A stretch of 64,000 bases of DNA from an uncultured virus (IMG/VR IMGVR_UViG_3300027782_000041) (taxonomy: Duplodnaviria > Heunggongvirae > Uroviricota > Caudoviricetes). Every line of letters begins with the position of its first letter. The first letter of the stretch is position 1. The translations under genes and the position numbers were made by a program. Shown here piece by piece: positions 55,135-64,000 of this stretch. Under the pieces are notes generated by a model that ran no database searches, was not told where the DNA came from, and was given only the letters and a program-made list of their open reading frames with translations. The DNA lies in IMG/VR virus record IMGVR_UViG_3300027782_000041; one strand, given 5' to 3'.

Positions 55135-56262
55135 TTACCAGGCTTTGAGAATGATCAGGTTCTCAGTACCACGGGTATTCCAAGGGGTTTCTGTAGTAGT
55201 CAACTCCTTGTAGATTTTACGTGCTGCCGGCTTTCCTGCGGCTTGTATAGCCTTGGTTATGTCTGCTGGTTTGCGCACAGTTTTTTGTAGCGTTTCTACA
55301 GTACTGTATCCAATTACGCTGTTGTTCTTGACAGTAAACGCCTGTGTATGGCTGTCTGCCACAAGGTGGATTAACTTGCGTTTTTTGGTATCGTACAACC
55401 ATGCCTCTGCCTTGTCCACCAGGCTTGCGGGCGGTAACCCCTTGAGTTTGAGTTCTGCAAATTCCGCCATGTGCTTGAATTTGGCCGCACGTTTCTCTGG
55501 GGGTACAGCCTTGACCTTGCGTGGCTTGCGCTCAACCTTCTTGATCTGCACATACGCACCACAGTCGTTGATCACTGCTTCACAAAATTTTACACAATTA
55601 CGAAGTTGAATTTTACTGAAATTTGAATATGCTTCCACTAGCATGGCATCTTTGCCTTCAACAACTTCTTCAAATTCTGCCAGGTTGCGTTTCCAACTGT
55701 CAGTGATAATTGATATCAATTGAGGAGACACGTTCATGCCACGAATTACCATGATAGGTTTGTAGTCTGCTGACATTTTAGCACCTGCCAACACAAACTC
55801 GTCAAACATGCCGTCTAATTCCCCGGCGCACTCTAACATCTTTTCACGAAGCCGATCTTGGATATTGAGTCGAGCTACTGCATCTATGACCGGTACAGAT
55901 TCCACTTCAATCTCTTGTTTGCTTGTGAGAATTTCTTTCAGCATGTGGTCTAGTTTCAGTTGCTCTTTTTCTGCCAACTCAAGTCCAACCATGTTCATAC
56001 GACACAACCATCCTGTGGTCAGGCGTATAGAAGAGTCTGGGATACTTTTAAGAGTTCGCACATCTGCTCGGCGATCATGTGATTCCAAATAGTTCACAAT
56101 CATGTCACGGGCATCTTTTTTGCCGTAGAAATAGTTGTACCATGAGAATGCTTTGCTCATAGCACTGATGCGATTTTCTATGGGTTGTGTTTTCCACACA
56201 GGTTCCATGCCCATTGCATTGGTATCTGCACTACGCGGATTTAAGGGTTTAACGGGTTTCAT
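55135..56262 (-). CDS. Hypothetical early protein
   Basis: 375-aa ORF with AAGGAG SD and an early promoter. Confidence 0.8.
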   Translation of the reverse strand: MKPVKPLNPRSADTNAMGMEPVWKTQPIENRISAMSKAFSWYNYFYGKKDARDMIVNYLESHDRRADVRTLKSIPDSSIRLTTGWLCRMNMVGLELAEKEQLKLDHMLKEILTSKQEIEVESVPVIDAVARLNIQDRLREKMLECAGELDGMFDEFVLAGAKMSADYKPIMVIRGMNVSPQLISIITDSWKRNLAEFEEVVEGKDAMLVEAYSNFSKIQLRNCVKFCEAVINDCGAYVQIKKVERKPRKVKAVPPEKRAAKFKHMAEFAELKLKGLPPASLVDKAEAWLYDTKKRKLIHLVADSHTQAFTVKNNSVIGYSTVETLQKTVRKPADITKAIQAAGKPAARKIYKELTTTETPWNTRGTENLIILKAW

Positions 56263-56289
56263 GCTGGCTCCTTTTGGATTAATGTAGTA

Positions 56290-56318
56290 ATTATAGCAGT
56301 TCTGGATTTATTGGTCAA
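56290..56318 (-). promoter_or_regulatory. Strong early promoter (TTGACC-17-TATAAT), divergent from a TAAATA late box at 56327-56332 (+)
   Basis: GGTTGACCAATAAATCCAGAACTGCTATAAT; shares its first 16 nt with the 17726 promoter. Confidence 0.85.
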
Positions 56319-56339
56319 CCTGCCCATAAATACTACATT

Positions 56340-57716
56340 ATGCCACGCCTAAGCCTATACCGCCCCAATCGAACCCGCGATTACCAGTTTTTGGATCGCA
56401 CCATCTCCGAAATGTACACTGTTGGGGGAATGGACATCTTTGTTCACAAATACGCTGGGCCGCAGACTGGGGGCGAAGACTCAACTCTTTCTGGTAACGG
56501 TGATGCCACACAGCCCGTTTATGATGAACTGAGTCCACTCAACATCCAAGACTTGCTGTTGCTGGAAAACCGTGACAGAGTGTATGACCAAGACGTTTAC
56601 ATCATGCGCGGTGTGTACACACACCAGGATGTGGATTTTGATCTAACACAATTTGGCTTGTTTTTGAACAATGATACCTTGTTTATCACGTTCCACTACA
56701 ACGACATGATTGACACGTTTGGGCGCAAACTCATGAACGGCGACGTGCTTGAAGTTCCAAACTTAAAAGACTACCATCCACTGAATTCGGCTATTCCACA
56801 ACCCTTGCCCAAGTACTATGTGGTGCAAGATGCTGACTATGCCACAGAAGGCATGAGTCAAACCTGGATGCCACACACCTGGCGTGTGAAAGCCACGCCA
56901 ATGACCAACAATCAGGAATTCAAGGACATACTCAAGCGGCCTGTGGTCAGCGAAAATATCTGGGACAACGGCAATTTCTACCCCACTGGCTGGGTTACCA
57001 ATTACGGCGATGTATATTACCAGGCCAAACAAAACGTGCCGGCTGGTACAGACATCACAAATACTGTCTACTGGCAAGTGTATACACCGCTGACACAAAG
57101 CGATGTGTTCACGACTCGCACCAAAGACAACCAAATCAACGATGCCATTCTTACACAAGCCGACGTTGAAGTTCCACTCAGCGGTTATGCTACTGATCAG
57201 TACTACGTGGCGCCAACATTAGAAGATGGCAGTCCGGCCAACCCAACCACGCTGACCACAAGCGATGGTAATACTGTAGACGGCACACAAGGTGGTATGA
57301 GTGTTACCCCAAGTGGCCCGGGTTATACCAAAGGGTACCTAACTGGAGATACGGTGCCCAACGGTGCTCCTGTGGTAACTGGGGTTGCCTTCCCATTGGG
57401 TGCTGTAGACGGAGATTATTGTTTGAGATTAGATTACTTCCCAAATAGACTGTTTAGATACAATTCAACCGTGAACCGTTGGGCCAAGATTGAAGATGGT
57501 GTGCGTACCAATCTCAACAATGGATCCACCAACAATACTTTACGCTCGGGCTTTGTTAACAATACATACACAACACGCACCACAGACATGGGCAACATTC
57601 CAAGTCGCCAGAGTCTTAGTGAAGCTCTTAAACCACGTGCTGACAACGGTGATCAGGGCGGCAATTTGCCACCAGCCCCGTACCCTGACACACAACCTGG
57701 ACAGAAGTCGAGTTAA
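56340..57716 (+). CDS. Neck/head-closure protein, gp14-like, with extensions
   Basis: DL.QFGLFL.ND...ITFH, GDVLE.P; lies between gp13-like and gp15-like genes. Confidence 0.65.
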   Translation: MPRLSLYRPNRTRDYQFLDRTISEMYTVGGMDIFVHKYAGPQTGGEDSTLSGNGDATQPVYDELSPLNIQDLLLLENRDRVYDQDVYIMRGVYTHQDVDFDLTQFGLFLNNDTLFITFHYNDMIDTFGRKLMNGDVLEVPNLKDYHPLNSAIPQPLPKYYVVQDADYATEGMSQTWMPHTWRVKATPMTNNQEFKDILKRPVVSENIWDNGNFYPTGWVTNYGDVYYQAKQNVPAGTDITNTVYWQVYTPLTQSDVFTTRTKDNQINDAILTQADVEVPLSGYATDQYYVAPTLEDGSPANPTTLTTSDGNTVDGTQGGMSVTPSGPGYTKGYLTGDTVPNGAPVVTGVAFPLGAVDGDYCLRLDYFPNRLFRYNSTVNRWAKIEDGVRTNLNNGSTNNTLRSGFVNNTYTTRTTDMGNIPSRQSLSEALKPRADNGDQGGNLPPAPYPDTQPGQKSS

Positions 57717-57718
57717 CA

Positions 57719-59119
57719 ATGCAACAATTCTTTTACGATGAACAGCTACGCCGATTCCTGCTACAATTCACCAGAATTGTCAGCAACTTTCAAATTGAAT
57801 ACGGCAACGAAACTGATGGAGTTAATCAAGCCGCACTGATACGTGTGCCTGTGCGCTATGGCGATGCCAGTCGCAACGCACAAGTGATCATGCAGGAGAA
57901 CAGTCGCAACTCAATGCCGGCAAGTCCATTGATGACTTTCTACATTTCAAGTTTGGACTATGATCGTCCGCGCATGCAGGAACCGTATCATGTGAGCAAG
58001 GTAAATGTTCGTCAACGCACATATGACAGTGCAACCGACTCCTTTGAACCCACTCAAGGCAATGCCTTTACTATTGAAAGGCTGATGCCTGTACCTTACA
58101 AAATGGGCATTACTCTGGATATCTGGACATCAAACACCAATCAAAAGATGCAGTTGTTGGAGCAGATGTTGACCTTGTTCAATCCCAGTTTGGAAGTGCA
58201 AAGCACCGATAACTTTATTGACTGGACCAGCTTGACTGTGGTTGAACTTGAGTCAGTTGTATGGACTTCTCGCACAGTTCCTATTGGCACTGACAACCCT
58301 ATTGACATGGCCACAATCAAATTCAACATACCAATTTGGCTCAGCTCACCAATCAAGGTCAAGAAACTGGGTGTGGTGGAACGTGTGATTGCATCCATGT
58401 ACGACTCACAAGGTGACCTGAACAACGCTGTTACTAACAATGATTTGCTCCTGGGCACTAGACAAATTATTACTCCTTATGACTGGGCCGTGGTTCTTAT
58501 TGGTAATAGATTGCAATGTTTACAACAACGATCAATCGTTGAAGAACCCAGCAACAGCACATTAACACCCACAGAGATTGTGAGTGACAGTAACTTGTTA
58601 TGGACCACGGTTATTGGCACATACGGGGTGCTTAGACCTGGTATTAGTCAAATTAGATTGGTACAAGCAGATGAGTCAGAAGTGATTGGTACTATTGTGT
58701 TAGATCCCAACGATGATCGTTTTGTACTGTTTGATGTGGACTCAGATACCACCCCACAAAACACACTGGATCCTATTGACGCTGTGATCAATCCTTTAGC
58801 AAGTGGTCCACAAGATGGGCTGGACTCGGCCTTGGAAGGGCAACGTTACTTGTTGACCGAGGCCACTGGCTCCGAAGACAACTTGAGTCCGGCCACTGCA
58901 TGGGTAGGTGCTAACGGAAGATCGTTGATTGCTGATGCCAACGACATTGTTGAATACAACAACAACTACTGGCGGGTGGTGTTCAGAGCTGCCGGACAAG
59001 CTGGGGGACAGTATGTTACAAACATAACGACTGGTATACAATACGAATGGAACGGTGACGCATGGGTGAAAAGCTATCAAGGGGTATATCCCGGGGGAAC
59101 ATGGAGTCTAGTGCTTTAA
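57719..59119 (+). CDS. gp15: Tail terminator/sheath stabiliser, gp15-like, with C-terminal extension
   Basis: FFYD.Q.RR....F, VPVRYG, PVPY, Q.LEQ.L.LFNP. Confidence 0.8.
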   Translation: MQQFFYDEQLRRFLLQFTRIVSNFQIEYGNETDGVNQAALIRVPVRYGDASRNAQVIMQENSRNSMPASPLMTFYISSLDYDRPRMQEPYHVSKVNVRQRTYDSATDSFEPTQGNAFTIERLMPVPYKMGITLDIWTSNTNQKMQLLEQMLTLFNPSLEVQSTDNFIDWTSLTVVELESVVWTSRTVPIGTDNPIDMATIKFNIPIWLSSPIKVKKLGVVERVIASMYDSQGDLNNAVTNNDLLLGTRQIITPYDWAVVLIGNRLQCLQQRSIVEEPSNSTLTPTEIVSDSNLLWTTVIGTYGVLRPGISQIRLVQADESEVIGTIVLDPNDDRFVLFDVDSDTTPQNTLDPIDAVINPLASGPQDGLDSALEGQRYLLTEATGSEDNLSPATAWVGANGRSLIADANDIVEYNNNYWRVVFRAAGQAGGQYVTNITTGIQYEWNGDAWVKSYQGVYPGGTWSLVL

Positions 59120-59538
59120 AAGCTGTGGGCGTTTGGTTCCGGAGTATGGACACTGGCAGATACCTGTATCTGCTGCGCAATGACGCCAAACATCCTGGTG
59201 CATGGGGCTTGCCAGGTGGCAAAATTGAAACAGGCGAGACATTGTTAGGCGGCATGGAGCGCGAGTGCATTGAAGAACTGGGTTTCTTTCCCACGTATCT
59301 ACGATTAATTCCATTAGAAAAATTCACGTCAGCAGACTTGGCGTTTGAATATCACACATGGGTGTGTGTGGTTGCCACAGAATTTACTCCACGACTCAAC
59401 TACGAACATCTAGGCTATGCCTGGATAGACAAGGGCACATGGCCTAGACCCATGCACCCGGGTTTGTGGAACACCGTTAATCTTGAAGCTGTACAAAGCA
59501 AAATCCTGCTGGTTGAGCAGGATCTTGCTGGTCTTTAA
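59101..59538 (+). CDS. NUDIX hydrolase
   Basis: WGLPGGKIETGET.....REC.EELG Nudix box. Confidence 0.9.
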   Translation: MESSALKAVGVWFRSMDTGRYLYLLRNDAKHPGAWGLPGGKIETGETLLGGMERECIEELGFFPTYLRLIPLEKFTSADLAFEYHTWVCVVATEFTPRLNYEHLGYAWIDKGTWPRPMHPGLWNTVNLEAVQSKILLVEQDLAGL

Positions 59539-62500
59539 GCCTGACTTTCTTGGAACTGTACCTGGATCTCTCCAGTTGGGGTTGTTGATGTTTGCAACGC
59601 AGTAATCTGCACCGCCAGTACCTCTGGACCGTTTGGATAAGTTCCTGTTCCAGGAATTGAGCTTGTGCCAATCTGTTTAACTGAGCCCAGGTCCAACACA
59701 CCCGAGTTGGTTGTTGAAATTGGAATCGCAAACAAACGCTCGCCGCCTGCTAGTTCACTTGTAATCGCCTGGACAACCATTGTCAAATCATTGGCTGTGG
59801 TTGCGCCACCTATGGTGTTGCCAAGGATTTTGATAGTGTCACCAATTGCATATCCTGTACCAGCAGTTTGTACAGTGATCTGTGTGGTTGTGGTCGAGTA
59901 TGCAGTACCTGCGGCAGTGAGCTGCACAGTGATCTTGGCATTGGCACCCGAACTAGACACGTTGACTGGAGTCAAGTTACCGTAAGTTTGCTGACTACTA
60001 AATGTTACCTTCACACCTGAACGTGTCAAGCCGCCTGTGGAATTGAACGGTGCCGCTGTCAAACCCCCTGTTGCTTCCGACGTGTAACGTGGCGCAGTTG
60101 AGAACTGTGAGAAACTAGGTTGAAATCCGCCGCCAAAGTTGTTCAGACCTTGCCAGCTGGTGTTGGCCGAATCAATGTTTGACGGATTCAAAATACCTTC
60201 AATCAAGTACCTGCCAGCAGTTACCTGCACATTCAAGTTTGACAATGTCAACTGAGCACGGTTGATAAGTTCACGATAACCCAAGTCGCCAATAATACCA
60301 TTGGATACTGATGGTGCCAGGCGCATGACAAACGCTGTTTGTTTGTCGCCATTCGTGGCCGGGAAGCCGTAGTTGGTACGGTTGAATGTAAACTGATAGC
60401 CTTGGTCATCGTCGAACCCGCCGTCCATAAGTACCGCACTACCCCAATGGTTAACCAGTGGTATGCAAGTATTAGAGATCAAAATAACACCGGTGTTGTC
60501 CGCATGCGTGGTTGGCGAGCTGGATGTGTAGCTTCGGCTTTGGCCTTCTGCCCACTGTACAAATGTTGCACCACGTGTGCAACCTGTTAGATCGTTGCCT
60601 GCCTTGCCAGAGTATTTGATAATTTCACTTTCGATCATCACAAACACAGGATATGTCACACTGGCCGATGGATAATCGGTTGCATCACGCAGCGTGATTG
60701 TGGTTTGACTATTGGTAATTGCGCCGTTGAGACCAGTTGTTGGTGTTTCGTTGATAGCTTCATAACGTGCTGGCAAGTTACCCGACCGCATGTAGGCTTC
60801 GTTGTTCAAGTTGTTGTTGGGGCGTCTGTGTGCCATGATAAACTTGCCGTCTTGGCCACGAATCATCCACTGTACATAACCGGCACCGTACCATGAGTAT
60901 TCAATACCATACATCTGCATCTTGCTTGTGTCTAGAGTAAAGCCTGATGCGCCTGTGCCATCCAGGGGATCAATGTTGAAGTCTGGTTGACGCACTCGAA
61001 TTTCGTTACGTAGTGCTGTTCTCACACGATTTTGATTGATAACACCACGGAAGGCCGGCACAATTGTCATACGGTTGTTGTCAATAATACTGGTAACAGT
61101 ATGACTCATACCTTTGATTACCAACAGGTCACCGTTGTTGAGTTGATCTTGGAAACGGCAGTTGCCGTCACCTGTCACTAGGTTGGATCCTGCACCAACT
61201 GACACTAGACCGGCAACCTGGAATGTGCTGGAACGTTGTACGGCATTCATTGAAATGCCGTTGTTTTCCCAGAACAGTCCGTTTTGATCGTCAAAAATAC
61301 CAGCACGTATACTTGCGCCGTGCCAGCCAGTGACATTCAATCGAGGTTGTTGTCCCAGTGTAGGTGTTATGCTTCCCAGTACTGCTTGTGCCGCTACTGT
61401 GAAACTGGTGTCTGACACAATTGAAGTCACCACATAATTGGATTGGTCGTAGCCCGATGTTGTGACTCCTGTAATGGTCACTGTGGCACCAGGATTCAGA
61501 CCATTTTCAACGTCTGTGGTCACAGTGATGTTACTTGCAACTGCTGTGCCATCTGCGCTGAGCGCGGTAATGTCAAATGTTGGGGCCATCACGGTACCAG
61601 TGGAGAACAAAATGCCTTTACCTGATTGATAACGGAAGTATTTCTTGGTAACACGAATTGCACTTGCACCACGAGTTGGTGTGCCTGGGCCCATTAACAC
61701 ACCACCATCAAATGGTCGTGGTATAAATGCCGCGTTGCTTCGCACAAATGCTAGGCCTGTGATACTACCACTGACCGCAGCGCCAGTCTTGGCTTGATAT
61801 GTAAATGTTGTTGTGCTGGGTACGCTGATAATACTGAACGAACCTTCGGCGTACTGATAGTTGGTACCAGCAGCCAAGTTCATCAAGATTGGGGTACCTG
61901 GCACAAGACCGTGAGCATATGTTGTTGTCACAGTGATTGTGCTTGGGTTGCCGCCGTCACTCACAATAGTGGTTACATCAAAATCAGCACCAGTGTATGG
62001 ATATGCCTGACGAATGATTGTGTCTGTTTGATTCAGCGGATAGCCAGGGGCCAGGCTTGGACTACGACGTGGGTAGTAGAAGAAGTTGTTGGTGTTGGCT
62101 TGGAATACCAGTCCAACACCTTCTGTGTTGGAGTTGTTGGTATTTTGTGTGCTCACATACTCATCATTGGCAAGTGGTGTGTCGCTTTGATTCACACCCA
62201 CTTGTGGAATTGTGTTGGAGCCTGTGGCATAGAACATACCAGTCATACGAACCATTGGAGATCCTGCTCCTGCGGCTGTTAGTGCAGTGGTGTTGAATTG
62301 ACCACGAGCAATAGTTTGAGTACCGTTTACTGCTGTACTGATCACTGTGTGTTGTAACAATTCAACGTTGGCGCTGAGTTTTTGTATCACTGTGCCAGTG
62401 ACATAGGCATTGGCAGGAGTGCTGTTGTACCAACCGCGATTGAGTTGAAGTGTGGTTCCATCAGTTACTGACTGAACTTGTGCTATTTCCAAGGTGCTGA

Positions 62501-63497
62501 CAGGGTAAACAGGGTTGCCAATGGAGATATTGCCGGCTGCACCGTTGGTGTTGTTGGTTTGACGAACAACTGTTAGTGCGTTGCCAGAAACGTTGGTAAC
62601 TGCCATTGTTTCATAAGTGTTTGCAGTGTCTGTTAGAACAATAATATAGCTGCCATCCACAATCAACGGAGCGGCTGCCACGTTGGCACAGTTGACTGTT
62701 GTGGTTGCGTTACTGGTAATATTGGCAACTGCCACGGTGGTTCCGCCTGTGGTTGGACGACCAATAATCAACACAGTGTCACCGGCCGTAATGCCACTTG
62801 ATGTGCTTACTGAGAATGTGCGCTCTGCTGAGCTGTTTATGTTTGCAGTGATAAAGGTACTGGTAAGTGGTGTGACGTTGCCTTGTGTTTGACTGATCAA
62901 CAAAGTGTAGTCATTGGCCACCCATTGCGCTGTTCCTGGATTTTGCAATCTAACCGCGGTGTCAACGTTGGATGTGATCAAGTCATCTCCGGCCAACAAC
63001 GAAATATAACCGTTGGTGTTGTAGACTATATCTGCACCAACATCTTCGTAGAAACTGGGAATGTTGTTTGTGGTTGATACTGCTTCCCACTTGGTGTTTT
63101 GCAAACCATATTCAAAGTCAGCATCAATCAGAGATTGTGGATTCGAAACACGTTCACGGCCAATGGCATCCATGCCAAAGTCCCAGGGCATGGTTCGTAG
63201 GTCACGGTCTTCAACGTAAATTGCCAGTTTGTCAGTGGTCAACAACCCAGACGTATTGTAGTTTAGAGTAATTGTGGTCACACCAGCGTAGGCAGCAGGG
63301 AATGTGGCTGTTACTCCAGCCACCCAAGCAACTGATCCGCCCAGTGTGTTGTCAGCGAAGTTGTAGATCGCAGTGTTAGTTGTGGTATCGTAGATAGCCA
63401 GTATGTCAGCCAGGTTGTATCGGTCGGGAACCTTTACAGTACCTAAACCAGCTGTGCCTGGTGTGAACGAATACTCGTATAATCTTTTTCTTGCCAT
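59535..63497 (-). CDS. Large virion structural protein (baseplate/fibre-associated, 1320 aa)
   Basis: T/G/N-rich multi-beta-domain; LIDADFEYG, RYQSGKG, R.GIFDDQNG.F, YSWYGAG; GGAG SD. Confidence 0.7.
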   Translation of the reverse strand: MARKRLYEYSFTPGTAGLGTVKVPDRYNLADILAIYDTTTNTAIYNFADNTLGGSVAWVAGVTATFPAAYAGVTTITLNYNTSGLLTTDKLAIYVEDRDLRTMPWDFGMDAIGRERVSNPQSLIDADFEYGLQNTKWEAVSTTNNIPSFYEDVGADIVYNTNGYISLLAGDDLITSNVDTAVRLQNPGTAQWVANDYTLLISQTQGNVTPLTSTFITANINSSAERTFSVSTSSGITAGDTVLIIGRPTTGGTTVAVANITSNATTTVNCANVAAAPLIVDGSYIIVLTDTANTYETMAVTNVSGNALTVVRQTNNTNGAAGNISIGNPVYPVSTLEIAQVQSVTDGTTLQLNRGWYNSTPANAYVTGTVIQKLSANVELLQHTVISTAVNGTQTIARGQFNTTALTAAGAGSPMVRMTGMFYATGSNTIPQVGVNQSDTPLANDEYVSTQNTNNSNTEGVGLVFQANTNNFFYYPRRSPSLAPGYPLNQTDTIIRQAYPYTGADFDVTTIVSDGGNPSTITVTTTYAHGLVPGTPILMNLAAGTNYQYAEGSFSIISVPSTTTFTYQAKTGAAVSGSITGLAFVRSNAAFIPRPFDGGVLMGPGTPTRGASAIRVTKKYFRYQSGKGILFSTGTVMAPTFDITALSADGTAVASNITVTTDVENGLNPGATVTITGVTTSGYDQSNYVVTSIVSDTSFTVAAQAVLGSITPTLGQQPRLNVTGWHGASIRAGIFDDQNGLFWENNGISMNAVQRSSTFQVAGLVSVGAGSNLVTGDGNCRFQDQLNNGDLLVIKGMSHTVTSIIDNNRMTIVPAFRGVINQNRVRTALRNEIRVRQPDFNIDPLDGTGASGFTLDTSKMQMYGIEYSWYGAGYVQWMIRGQDGKFIMAHRRPNNNLNNEAYMRSGNLPARYEAINETPTTGLNGAITNSQTTITLRDATDYPSASVTYPVFVMIESEIIKYSGKAGNDLTGCTRGATFVQWAEGQSRSYTSSSPTTHADNTGVILISNTCIPLVNHWGSAVLMDGGFDDDQGYQFTFNRTNYGFPATNGDKQTAFVMRLAPSVSNGIIGDLGYRELINRAQLTLSNLNVQVTAGRYLIEGILNPSNIDSANTSWQGLNNFGGGFQPSFSQFSTAPRYTSEATGGLTAAPFNSTGGLTRSGVKVTFSSQQTYGNLTPVNVSSSGANAKITVQLTAAGTAYSTTTTQITVQTAGTGYAIGDTIKILGNTIGGATTANDLTMVVQAITSELAGGERLFAIPISTTNSGVLDLGSVKQIGTSSIPGTGTYPNGPEVLAVQITALQTSTTPTGEIQVQFQESQA

Positions 63498-63500
63498 CTT

Positions 63501-63893
63501 TTAAACTCCAAAAATAATTTGACCTGCTGTCAAACGTGCTTGTGTATCTGTACCAAACTTTGCGTATGTGATTGCGCCAGTTGCTATTTTGCTTGTGATC
63601 ACTGTGGAATCGCTTGGTGTACCTGTATATAGCGTATCTCCGAACATCAACGCAAAGAACGGTGTGTTGAGTGCAGGTGCTACTGCAAAACTTATGGTGG
63701 CTGCATTTATGCTAAAATCCACCCCAGGATTGAGTACCACACTGTTTAGTGACACCAGCATGGCAAACGCTGTGGGGGGCGAAAAACTAACACCGCCCAC
63801 AGTGATATTGAACAAGGTTGTTACCCCGTTGAATGTCAACGAATCCATTTTGCGATACTGTCCAATTTGCGGTGTGTTGCCTACATAACTCAT
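63501..63893 (-). CDS. Small virion structural protein
   Basis: MSYVGNTP, FNGVTT.F, LVSLN.V...PG.DF, ISF..AP. Confidence 0.7.
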   Translation of the reverse strand: MSYVGNTPQIGQYRKMDSLTFNGVTTLFNITVGGVSFSPPTAFAMLVSLNSVVLNPGVDFSINAATISFAVAPALNTPFFALMFGDTLYTGTPSDSTVITSKIATGAITYAKFGTDTQARLTAGQIIFGV

Positions 63894-63902
63894 GTTGTTT
63901 CC

Positions 63903-64000
63903 TTAAAGTTTGCCTATGACCACTTCTATAATGCCTGTGGTGCCGTCAAAATCTTCCAGTGCTTTGCCAAGTATTGACCCCATCACAGGTTGGTTACTGG
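63903..64000 (-). CDS. C-terminus of a probable tail-fibre protein (partial)
   Basis: Hand-translated ...SNQPVMGSILGKALEDFDGTTGIIEVVIGKL*; the G..(I/L)GKALE...G.IEV ending is typical of phage fibre C-termini. Confidence 0.55.
   Translation of the reverse strand, partial: SNQPVMGSILGKALEDFDGTTGIIEVVIGKL

Noticed and set aside
1..64000. Stop-codon reassignment as seen in some large phages
   Set aside because: Core genes are full length and tile densely in the standard code

Overview
A gene-dense 64-kb segment of a large, T4-like (myovirus) bacteriophage genome read in the standard genetic code, with most genes on the minus strand. I saw no tRNA, rRNA, CRISPR array or IS element. It carries T4-type replication and recombination genes (gp41-like helicase, gp61-like primase, UvsW, UvsX, UvsY, gp32 SSB, probable gp62, dNMP kinase, 3'-5' exonuclease) and morphogenesis genes (large terminase, gp4, gp13, gp14, gp15, gp18 sheath, gp19 tube, fibre-like proteins, probable internal head proteins). 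Accessory content includes a ~10-kb glycan synthesis/modification cluster (18.3-28.4 kb), four radical SAM enzymes with an N-terminal Cys-rich module, four SGNH-like proteins and a secreted non-specific nuclease. The most unusual observations are: (1) a probable virion-packaged fusion of a Pol-beta-type nucleotidyltransferase with a KxDG ligase-like domain; (2) an unannotated 25-aa ORF directly upstream of tandem radical SAM genes (possible RiPP-like precursor); (3) a 190-aa stand-alone DnaE catalytic core; (4) at least 14 genes whose start codon lies only 4-8 nt after a promoter -10 or late box, implying widespread leaderless translation; (5) a multi-hairpin leader on the gp32 gene. All product calls come from motif recognition by eye; no database searches were run.
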